Shown here one piece after another: positions 14,801 through 27,200 of a stretch of 64,000 nt of DNA; position 1 is the stretch's first letter, and each line of letters begins with the position of its first letter. The stretch comes from Eledone cirrhosa (Eukaryota): the NCBI GenBank assembly GCA_964016885.1, contig OZ024747.1, forward strand, positions 18,104,001 to 18,168,000, written 5' to 3'. Made by a program: the position numbers and the translations under genes. The notes beneath the pieces are model-generated. The model did no database searches. It was not told where the DNA came from and saw nothing but the letters and a program-made list of their open reading frames with translations.

Positions 14801-15167
14801 CCTCTGGCTTAGAGGATGATTCTGCAATTTTCTCTTCTGGTTCAGTAGATGGACCTGAAGAAAGATTGAACATTAGATTCCATTGTCACTTCATATCAAT
14901 ATACTAGAATACACACATGGATAAATATAAACAACACTTACTTCCTTGCAAGGAAGATTCCTTTTCTTCAACAGTCTGTTCAGTTGGAGTAGTTATGGTC
15001 TTCTCTTCCACTTCGGAGAATGAAGCTTAAAAAAAGATGGAAAATGGAATACATATACTATGGAAGGATACTCTGTACAATTTACAGTAAGGAGTTAGGA
15101 ATAATCAAGGTTGCCAGATTGGGCTACAAGTAGCAGAAAACATTATTTTTCAGGACACATTAGGGAA

Positions 15168-15200
<33 letters not shown>

Positions 15201-18200
15201 CTAACTAACTACTTTGGAATTTAATTCTTTTACTGGTTTTAGTCACTAGACTGCAGCCATGCTGCAACACCACATTGATTTAGTGAATCATAACCTCAGA
15301 ACTTATTTTTTTTCAAGTTTGGTACTTATTTTATTGATTACTTTTAGTCAAACTGCTATGTTACTGGACATGAACATAGACACACAAATGTGTGTGTGTA
15401 AATCTCTCTCTCTATATATATATATATATGCATTTTCTGCTTATCAAATTCCACTCACAAGATATTGATCACCATGACGGTATAGAAGACAATTGCCCAA
15501 GGTACTGAATGCAGAAACATTTGGTTGCGAAGCTAATTTCTTCATCTTGGGTTACTTTGTAACACAATCCATGATTGTACTATTTTTTAAACACTGTTCA
15601 CATAACTGGAATGATGATACTACATGCAAACTTCTTATAGTACAGAAAAGCAGACAAAAATACAAAAAATAGATACATAGCAGAGACTCAAAGCATTTCA
15701 ATATAACCTACCTTGCTCAACTGGATTTTGAAGTTCTGTTGATTTGGGTTCATTATTTGGGACATTCTTAGCATCAAGTAAATTGCTCTTTTCCTTTGAT
15801 GTGTCATTCTTTATCTCTGAGATTACATTGTTGGTAGCAGCTGCCATTGCAGCAGCCATTATTTCACCAGCAGATGTATTCAAAAGGTTGCAAGAAGTCT
15901 TGTCTTTTTTAGCATCGAGATTTCGCTTAAAGTTAACTAGTATTTTCTTCACATGAACAACTTTTGGTGATCTTACAGGTAAATTATGGATATCATACTC
16001 AGAAAGTGAAGCCAAATCTCCAACAGTATGGATTTTTCGAGCTTTAAGAAGTTGACTAAGTCCCCGTGACCTAATTTGAGAAAAAGGCATTAAAATATAT
16101 TTTTAATATTTCAATTTTTTTTAAATAACTTTATCTTTAGAAATTAAACAAAAAAAAAAAAATACAATACTATGTTTCTATCGGTTTTATTTTATTCCTT
16201 CATCTATATAAATAGTACAATGGAAATATTTTTTAAAATTCACTTCTGAAGATGTGGTTAATAGTCTGAATAATAAATTTATTTAAAATGTTTCTTAGAT
16301 GCCTGAAAAAAGCTTGTTTTAGATGGTTTCCAAAACTTTATAAATTATTTGTTTCTGGGGTGAGGGTAAGTACCATTATGCTGCAGTTAAACGTTTTCTA
16401 TATTAATTTCTAATCTAAAAATATTGATTTCTCAACCATACACACTTATGATACAATATTTTAGTTTTAGTCTATTATCTAGTTCTAGGTGTCCTAAGAA
16501 GTATGAACAAAGATTTAAAATATACTAAACAATTTGTATTTGACTTAAGAGCTTTACACATTGTACATAGCTTTAGAAACTAGTTTTTGTTTTTAGCAAA
16601 TCTTTCATCTCATGCAAATAATTTCAAATTAAAATAAATATCTTGTAGTTAATAATTTTCTGACTGGACTTTTAGACACTATGCATTAATACAGTTCATT
16701 CCATCTCACAGGAAGTCTTTTAATAAAGGCCCTATCCCTATACTATAATGCACTCAAGAAATGCATAAATATATTTAATTAAAAAGGTTTTAGAAATTAA
16801 CTTACCACATAGAGGAAGTCAGTTGTGGAAGAATAAGGCCAATAGCTTCTTGACATGATACAAGCTCTGTAAATATAGGACCACTGCAACTGAGTTGAGA
16901 CTCTTGAGTACTGCAATAGCTACTTTGAGAACTGCCAGGGCTGTTACAGCTTCCAGAGGTACCATTTGTTACAGAATCTCTTTTCTACATTGAAACAGAA
17001 GATAAAGGATAAACGAAATAAAATTACAGCGCTAATTTTGATATGTAATGTTAGTGGGACAATTTAACAGATAACATGCCATCCAACCAATGCTAGCAAA
17101 AATAAAATAAAGGAACAATTGACATATGAATGTGTTTGCAATGATAAACGGCATCAGCACACTGTATCACTTCAGAAATTTTCTTCAGATTGTAATTATT
17201 ATATGCAACAAGCATATGTTAGAAAACCATATATATGTAGATAGTCAGCATTTAATATTGCCCTGCCACAGTGTTTCCCCAAGATAAAATTAAATGCTCT
17301 TTTTCTTTTACATAAATATATTCTCTCTAAAACAGATACTACACAATGTGACTGATCATGGAACCTCATATGTGCAGCAAACATTCATTTAGTGGTTAAC
17401 ATAGTTGAATGACTAAGAAACCATTTAAAAACACTACAAACCTTATAATTAGAAAGAAGACTACGACGTGATGACCTCGAACTGTAAGGTGTGAGCTGTC
17501 GCTTTTGTGATATAGGTGATGGTAAAGTTTTCTCTTCAAATATTGGATCAGCAAATGACACTCTTCGTTGCTATAACATAAAAACGTTTATAGGTTAATC
17601 ACAGCTAGTGTGGGTTGCAGGTAAGATAGCAATACAGCAACCAGATGTGGTTAGTTGAAGACCAACCTTCCCATTAACACAGGCTATATATAGATAGGGG
17701 TTGAGAATTAAAAAATCTTAACCAAAGTCACAGAAAAATCCTGGTGGCATGACATGTAGCACTAATTTCATTGATAGTTTGGTACCCTATTGTTTCAGCC
17801 ATCTAGCTCTCTCTGATTCTTTTCCAATATATTTTTTGATTACTCAGTATTTACTATTTTACAATGTTGGCCACACAATTCACAATCAATCTTATCTTAG
17901 GTTGAGAGTAAGCCATCAATGTAATAATTTGTATATTTTTTTATAAATCAGTTATTTAATCATAAAGAAAAATATATTTTAAAGAAAAGATGCAAAAATA
18001 AAAACTTTTAATGTAATCAATTGGTTGTTGAGATCAAGTCAATCTAACAGAGCACATCCATCCAGCTACCATGAATTTAAAACCTTTTAGGCAATTCGTT
18101 TAAGACCAGATGTCCTTGATACCAACCTATATTTCATTTTTAAATATGGTATATATCAAACTGGTTAGCTGTAAGATAATAACAAACATTGCTACTTGAT

Positions 18201-21200
18201 TTAAATAATGTCGATATGAAGATCACCCAGTTTCCTTCTACCAAATTCACTCTCAGAGAATTGGTAGACCAGAGATTATAGTAAAAGGCACTTTCCCAAG
18301 GTGTAAAGCAGTAAGATCAAAGCAAAAAAGAAAATAATAGCCTATATATAAACCTACCTTGTTTGGTGGTGACGGCGTTTCACCGGTATTTTGCAGCCTT
18401 TTCTTTAATATACCAGTTGTGGGTGAATAAACAGATGAAGGAGAACAGGTAACAGATGGACAACTTTCAGGAGTATCACAGAGTGAGGAGGATAAGAACT
18501 GTTTTTCAGAGGAATGAATGTTTGTTGATGGAGTATTGAAAGACATTGTAGCAACTGTGGGGTTATCATTGTCAGCAGTTGCATTCTCATGAGTTGGAGA
18601 AGTTTTCATCACAGACATTTGAGTAGCAGTTTTTCTAGCATTAGACACAGAACCGCTTGAAACTTTAATACCATAAACAAAACTATCAGAAAATTTTGAT
18701 GGAAATCCTCGATTACCAGAACGTAATCTAAGAGATTTTTTGGGAGTATCAGTAACTTTGTCCAAAATAGATTTATTCTCCGACTCTTCATCAAAATCAA
18801 GGTTCTCATTCTCATTCACTTCAGAACCCACAATGGCTGCCTGCACTGAAACTTTGTTCTCAGTTTCACAAACTGCCTTTTGTGGATTGAAATCATTTTC
18901 TGTTTCATTTATAGAATCTTGTCTCACACCAACACAATTATCATCTTCTTCCACACAATTTACAGGCACTGCTGTTACGCTTGAACCTTTATCAACCTCC
19001 ATGAGCTCCGAAACATTACATTTCATTGCTACTGACTGCGTTTCCTCCTCAATGTCTGATTCAATTTCTTCATTCTTCATTTCATTAAAATCAGGCTCAA
19101 CCTCTTCTTTCTCTTGCACACCAAAGTCTGTCTCAACTGTTTTATTTTCTTCTTCAATTAAATCTGACTTATCTGTCGTTTTTTCTAGCCCAGTTAAATC
19201 TATTTCAATTTTTTCAGATAAGGCTGAATTAATATGCTCAGCTAAATCTGATTTAACTGCTTCAACTTCCCCCTTCTGTTTAATCACATCTAAAGCAACT
19301 TCTCCCTTTTTCTGTTCGACAATGTTTGAATCAACATTTGTCATTTCCTGGTCAAAAGTGAAACTTTCAGATTCTCCAGAAGAGAAGCTGCTAATGAAAT
19401 CACTATTAGCCATTCCAGCCGAAATTTCACAATCAATATTCTTCTGCGTTTTAGGAATTTTCACATTTTTTATATTTTTTCTAACAGATGTCAATTTATT
19501 AACACTGGTACTTTGGTTGTGTGGGGTGTGCTTGACACTTTCAGACACATTCAGAGCTTTTATAGCTCTATTTTTTTTGGTTTCAGTTTTCTTTTTGCAA
19601 GCAGATTTATTTGGAGTACCTTCTGAGCTATGGGCTCCTTTTTTCCGAGCACGTAAATGCTTTACGCAAGAACGCGTCCTAACAGGAGAAATTCGTCGAT
19701 CAGCATTTTGGACAATTTTAGTAACTTTTAACGGTTTCCTTTTACGGGATCCTGTTATAGGCTTAGATGTTGGCGAAACATCTGATTTATTAAGTTGGTT
19801 GGAAGGTGTGACAGTACCACTAGGTTGAACAATTACTTTGTCCTTCCCACAAACAATGCCCTGGTTGTCATTGGGACTGTCCTCAATATTAACAGGATTA
19901 TTTTCTTCCAAATTTAATTTTTTAATCTCAATTTTCTCCTCTGAATCCAATTTCCGTTTGTATGATTTAGTAACAGTATTTTGACTAGACATCACATTAC
20001 AATCAGAATCAAAAAGGCAATCATCTGTACCAGCATCATCATGTGAAATGAATTCAGTTTTACATGCATTCTTTCCTAGAAAAGTCTTTTCACTTGAAAC
20101 CATTTGGGAATTATTTTTATTGGGAGTTAGTTCCACTTGCTCCTTAGCAGAAAATTCAAGCTTTTTTATTGCTTTCAATTCCAAATCATTAGAAGAGCTA
20201 TTGGCACCATTAGAATCAGCATCCTCTCTGAGATCAAAAGACAATCGCCGAATATTGACATTAGTGTTAACTTCTCTGGTCAACATTTTGACAGGAGTTT
20301 CCAAAACAGATTCACCTGAATGCTGATGGGTAGGAATCAGTTTGAGAGGTGACTGAGTTTCTTCAACAAATAGGTTACTTTGCACTGGTCTGTCTAAAAG
20401 TGGGTTTGGTTCAGCAGACAAACTATCATTTGTAAGAGAGTCTTGGGCAACTAGTGAAGTCATGTGAGGTTCCATGAGGAGAGGAGTAGAAGTAACCTTT
20501 GACGATTGTTTAGTACAAAGCCAATTTTGTAGTGATGTTTTATCTTCAGAAATATTCTTTGAGACTTTTCCAGATTTTATACTAACAGGTTCTTTATTTC
20601 TGGTGAGCTTGCTTCTCGCAGAGCTTGAAGCTGGTTGTATTTTAGTGTAATGTTCCAATTTTCCTCCAGCACATTGAGGTTTTTCAGTACATTCTGTGAT
20701 TTTGTCAATGGTAACTGTATTTGGTGTTTCATGTAGTCTTATGTCTTTAGAAAACGTAACTCTTGTATTGGACTTGCTACAATTTTCTTGGTTGGATTTA
20801 TTTGTAGTGATCTGAAAACAAAATTCAATGTGAATTAAAAAAAGAAAAAGTTATAGGAATGAAGAATAATCAGTTTAATGTTCATTTTCCAAAGCAGGAA
20901 TGTTGTAAAAGACATAGTTCTTTGAGAGCCATAGCTGTTTTGGGGTATTTCAATGTCCGAGGCCAAGATTACTCAATTTTTGGCACTGTCATGGTATTAG
21001 CTGTCAGAAGTGAAAGTAGAAGGTGATGTCATTCGTCAACCTTCTCAATCGTTTATTTCTGTATCACCACGCGTTTATTTATGTTTATGATTTTCTAAGA
21101 GATACGTTTACAATGAGATACACTTATTAAAAAAAAAATATGGGCACCCAAATAACTACGTAATTTTCGAGAGAAACGATAATATACAATCTAACGTGTA

Positions 21201-24200
21201 AGCAAAAGCTTAGATAACAATAAAGCATATCGATATAAGTGGAGTTAACTTAAATGAAAATGTAGGTGGCCCTTAAAAGGGCCGGTGTTGAAACAAGTCA
21301 TGGTTATCAAATTAGAAAACAAATTTAAGTTCAACACCGGCCCTTTTAAGGGCCACCTATATTTTCATTTAAGCTAACTCCACTTACATCGATATGCTTT
21401 ATTGTTATCTAAGCTTTTGCTTACCCGTTAATTACAATTGTAACAGCTAGTGTAGTTTTTAATGCACATGTTAAATAAGATTGTATATTATCGTTTCTCT
21501 CGAAAATTACATGGTTATTTGGTACCCATATTTTTTTTTTTTTATAAATGTATCTCATCGTAAAATACAGCTAGTGTAGTTTTTAATGCACATTCGAAAA
21601 TTACATGGTTATTTGGTACCCATATTTTTTTTTTTTTATTAAGTGTATCTCATCGTAAACGTATCTCTTAGAAAATCATAAACATAAATAAACGCGTGGT
21701 GATACGGAAATAAACGATTGAGAAGGTTGACGAATGACATCACCTTCTACTTTCACTTCTGACAGCTAATACCATGACAGTGCCCAATTTTCGTATTTTT
21801 GAAAATTTCTTTATCTACTTTGCTTCACAAACTAAATTAAAATGTATCAGTATGTCTTTGGGACACAAGGAGTGGGAGATAAAAAAGAAACCCATAACAC
21901 CTGTACGTTTTTGGCACTATTTAAATATAAACTACTATTATTCCAAGCATATCATTTGGATAACTAAAATTGAAATGATGTAGGCATTGCATGAGACATT
22001 ATGGACAAATGCAAAATATAATATTGGCTGACTAGATTGTTATGTAACCCTAGGTTAGCTTTGATCAAGTGGGACCTATAAGAAAAAGGATTCCAATCAT
22101 CACTAAGCAGTATTTTTGCTTAACTATGGTTATATTATCCAATGTATCCTATTTTTTAAAGACACAAAAATGTGTCATATGGAGAAGACTTGGCTGCTAT
22201 TTGTAGCAGATATCTTGGACATGGTGGTGGAGGTGGTAGTAGTTGTACATCATTGTAGGTAGGAAACATAAAATCGCTTACCTTGCTAGTCCTGCCCTAA
22301 ATGTCACTTATCTAGTGACATAATCCAGGAAACTAATTCCCCAAACACTAGCCAGAAAATTCTGTTTTGTAAGAGCTCATTAAAACAAGTCTGTTGGCTA
22401 CCAAAATCAACCAAGAGGCCCAATACTAACCCCCTTCTGTTCATGTGATATCACTTCTCTTCATACTTCTGACAAGCTTCTAGAAAAGGGGTCCCTGTTC
22501 CTCTCTGTTAACCACTCGTTTTTTCAAGTATGTACATTAACCTCATCATTTAATATCCGTCTTCCCTGCTAGCAAGAGTTGGACAAGTCTACTCAGACTG
22601 AGTCAGTACTCAAGCGGAGTTACTGACCTTTCAGATAGGTTGGGGACCTGCATCTTGCTTACACACATTCCCATGCTCTAATGAGTGCATTTGATCAAGG
22701 CACCAGCACTAGGGAGGTTGTCATGTCTTTGACACAGTTGAAGAGTCCTCCTGACCCTTTATAAAAACAATTAGTTTGCCATTTGTATTGAACAATATTA
22801 ATCCAGGTACATAATTTTGTAGAAAAGTTTTAATACAAGTACTTACCAAATTATACTGTGATGAGGTCTCATCAGAACTGAAACTAATGGCTTGTGAAGA
22901 AACCATGTGATTTGAACTAAAGGAAGAAAGAGAGGGTGGAAAAAATCGTATAACGCTTTTGTTATCACAGTTCTAAAAAAATTACATTAACAATGCTTCA
23001 ACAAATTTAGAAAATAATAATTGGAATAATTTAGTAAAATAACTAAACTTAAGAAATATACAAATATTTGGTCTCAAGATAATTTTTGAGATTAAATCTA
23101 AAGAGAGCATGTGAATTTGAAAGAACAGAGGTTTAGCCCCCAAAATATATTGGAGCAAGATAAAATCAATACATTTATTCATTTGTTGCAGTCACTGGGC
23201 TGTGGTCATGCAGAGGCAAGGCCTTCCAGTGTTTTTAGTTGCTCATACTCTGATACTAAATTTATCGAGTAGTTAAGTTACATTTTTTTTTAAGCAAAGG
23301 AATGCAACTCGACAGTATCAAATTCATTTAACCCTTTAACATTCACATTAATTTGTCAAATGTCATGTTTATTTGTTCACTTTATTTTCAGTTAATCGTA
23401 CTCAAGAGGGTTATCAATTTTATTGTTTGTAATTTTCTTAATTATCTATGTGCAGGCTTGAAATTTTGTCAGTAGATGTTTAAATATCAATAATTTACAA
23501 TTATATAATTTTACATGATTTTCTTTGGTCAAATTTGACTTTTATGGACAGGTGAAAATTAATAGGGACATTTGAAGTATCAACCAGGTGCAAATACTGG
23601 TTTAATTTTAAATACATTGTTTTCAGCATAATACTTGATATATAAGGATCACTAAACCATATATCAGTGCTCCAGTAATTCCAGTCTTGGAAATTGTTTA
23701 TACCGAACATAATATTTACGGTAAAAAATGCTTGCATTTCCGCAGCATCTGTCGGTCGCCAAACAGATTGGGTTTTCCTCAATTTGAAATCTGTTGTTGG
23801 GCATATCGATTAATCTCTTCTGCCACAACTTCGAAGAAAGTTTGTGGTAAAAACAAAAAGAAATAATCCAGAGCATCGGGAGTAATGTGAGTTGTGGACC
23901 AGTATTTTGAATGAAATCGGGAACATATATTGGTGTGGTATTTTTCAACCACATTGCTGTAATATTTTCAATGGCGTCCTGGAGATCTTTGTTTTCACTT
24001 TCAAAACAACAATCATCGTCAGATGAAATTTCCGAAATGACAACATCTGACTCATTTGAAGATAAATCACTAATATTATCTTTTGTTTCTTGTTTATTCT
24101 GAATGTCGTCGTGTGTAAAACCTTCAAAGTCAGTATCGCTACTTTCACAAGCCATGTTGATACACAAAAAATCTGTTCTACTTTCAACGTTAAAAAAACA

Positions 24201-27200
24201 TGTGTTGTTTTAAGTTGTTTTACTATATTAAGTGTTAATTTTCGCGGTAAGGGCCTAATCTCGCAATAATCTCGAATTGACAAGATTTTGATGACAGTAT
24301 TGTTTATTTTTAGAACAATATTTTAGTGTGGGTGTTATCGGCCGGTTTTGGGCGGTTTGAACAAACGAAGGGGAAATAATTGCGGCCGGTTTGAACACTA
24401 AAGGGTTAATAGAATGTTAAAACATTTAATGAATGGAAAAAAAAAAAATACTCACTACATAGAATCTTGTGATTGGTCAAGGCTATTATACATTGCAGGA
24501 AAAGAAAACCTGTTAAAAAAAAAAAAATTGTAAGCCAAATCTAATTGTTTGACAATATAAAACATTTAACAACTGATTTATCAACCACCTTTAAAATATA
24601 ACAATCAGTTTGACAAGTTTAATTTTCCCCCTCAACATCAAGTTATTAACTATAAGGAAGTGATGAAATAGCCGAGTCATTAATGTCAGATTATATACCT
24701 TGTAGTATAGGTTCCAGCACTCTGTACTGAATTTAAATCCTGTCAAGGCTAAAATTACCTTTAATCATTCCAGGGTTGATAAATGAAGTATTAATCCAAG
24801 GACTGGCAGAATAGCTAGCCTGTCAAATGGGACGCTTTGTATTTGTTCAGGCTATGTGATACATGATAGCTTAACAGTAGTGGGTAACAGAACAGAGACT
24901 ATGAACTTAAGATTTGTACTAGTGACAACACATAAGTTAAGTATAAAAATACAAGGCTTATTTGTACTAAGTTAAGAACAAAAAGAATCTTTTAATAAGA
25001 AAATTACAATAAAAAATATTTACTTTCTCTCTTTTAATACTTCTTTTTGATGTTGAGTAAGAATTCGTCTTTTATTTTGAGGAGGCTCAATAACAACAAA
25101 ATCCTGAAAATAAAAATTAAAACTATTAAACACACCATACAAAAATTATTTTGCATATTTCTTTTAATAGAATAAAGCTTGAAAAAATTTTAGATGTGCA
25201 TAATTTTACAGAATTCTTGACTAATTAACAAATAACATCAATGAAAAGCTATTAAAAAAATTCTCAGTAATTACTTGATCTTTCATTTCTCCTATTGGTA
25301 AATTTTTCATCACAGTAGCAGCAGGTTTAGGTTTTGAAATAATACTTGGTTTCTTTGGAGAAGGAAGATTCTTCAACAGACTACCATGCATTTTGCTGGG
25401 AGAAACTTGTGTAGGAACAGTATCTTCAGAAACCTGGGAATTGACCTACAATTCAAACCAAACATATCAGATGTTATTACTAACCACATGATTTTAAGTT
25501 TAAAAAAAATACTAAGACAGTTGTGCTTGCTACCAAATATTGTTACTGTACTTGCTTGAACATTTTTTTTTACTTTAAAAAATGTGAGAGTTCCAAACAG
25601 AGTATATAATAACAGTCAATCATTATATATAATGATTATATTCACCATTTGAAATTATCACATTTTCAAATTTTTTTTTGTAATGTATGTTTTTTAATGT
25701 CTACAGAAAATTGTCATGTGTTAATAAGATAAAAGTGCACCCAGTCAACCATAAAAGGTGGCAGTGCTGGTGACACGACAAATAAGCACCCAATCCACCC
25801 TATTAAGGTGGTCATGTTGGTGACACGACAAAAGCACTCAGTTCACCCTGTAAGGTGATCGTGCTAGTGACATAAAAAAGTCCCCAGTCCAGCCTGTCAA
25901 TTGGCCGTTTTAGTGCCATGATAAAAAGCACCCAGTCTATGCTGTAAATGTGGTTAGTGTTAGGCCTGGCTTTCAGCCATAGAAACCAAGCTAGTTGTGT
26001 ATGAGCAAGACAGTCACCTGATCTGACTTGTCCGAACAGAACAACTCGTTTAACCCATACTAGAGTGGAAAATGGTTAAACGGCGATGATGATTATATAT
26101 GTATGTAGTTTTTGAATGTTCAAAATGTTAATTTAACTAATGAGATTACCAGACTATACTGGCTGGTTGGTGTTTCTTCAATGACATGAATTTCACTGCT
26201 TATCCAACCTGGCAATCCAATCACCATTTTCTCTTTCACTTTGGTCAAAGCATAACTGAAGAAAAAGAAAAAGAAAATACTTTTTTATTATTTCTAATAA
26301 TAATAATGGTTTCTAATTTAGAGACAAAGCCAAATTTTTTTTTTTTTTTTTGTGGGGAGTATAATATCAGTACTTAACTAGTACTTTATTGGCTCAGAAA
26401 GGATCAAAGACAAAGTTAACATCCAAACAACAACCCTGAGCACCTTTTTGAATTCCATATGTCTAACACACATGGGCATGCCTACAAAGTCAGAAAACAG
26501 CACAGCTCCCATGACTTTCGGAAGCATTTTTTCAAGCTCAGAGTTGCTGAAGCATGGAGCAAACTACCTGCATCAGTTGTTAGCTGTCGAGACACTGCAT
26601 CCTTTAAAACCTCCATACTTCCTGAAATTCGCCAACACTACACCTGATATTCCCCCTCCATACACACGCACATGTATTTCATGACTGTTCATTTTCCTGA
26701 CATTTGAACATTATTCTATATACTATACATGCACCTTTGATGAGTTGTAGTGCATCTGAGCACTGTATACAATTTCATTATTATTATTATAATAAATCTA
26801 CACACCAGTCCATGGCACCTTGGACAGAGGAACTTCTTCCAAGAACCCTTTTCTTTTATAATAGTCATATTAGTTGATGGGCCAGATTCATTCTGAAAAC
26901 TGAGTATATTTTTTGTTCTTGCCTTTTTTAGACAGGAGCTTGTGATTTGGTGACTCATCAGCACAAATGGTGAACATATAGCCACACCCCTTTCCTCAAA
27001 TCATAACCGCCCCACAGACAAATAATAGGATATAAGGGATGCGTAAAAAAACAAACAGGATCATCATGACAGTGTTAACTTTGCTAATAAGTTGAGCTGA
27101 GGTTAAACAACACTTACACCATAAAACAAGGTGAGAAAAAGAGATTTTGTGAAACAGAATTTTTTTTTTTTTGCAGAACCCATTTTGAGGGGCACTGATC

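Noticed and set aside
14040-14845. Regular repeat array resembling CRISPR
   Set aside because: Contiguous units with no unique spacers, in a eukaryotic coding exon
14050-14907. Plus-strand ORFs with SASGDGSVVFS repeats
   Set aside because: Antisense reading of the 33-bp coding repeat; the splice sites support the minus strand
18740-19828. 362-aa plus-strand ORF
   Set aside because: Antisense shadow of RIF1 exon 27; its S/F/L-rich composition follows from the E/K-rich sense codons
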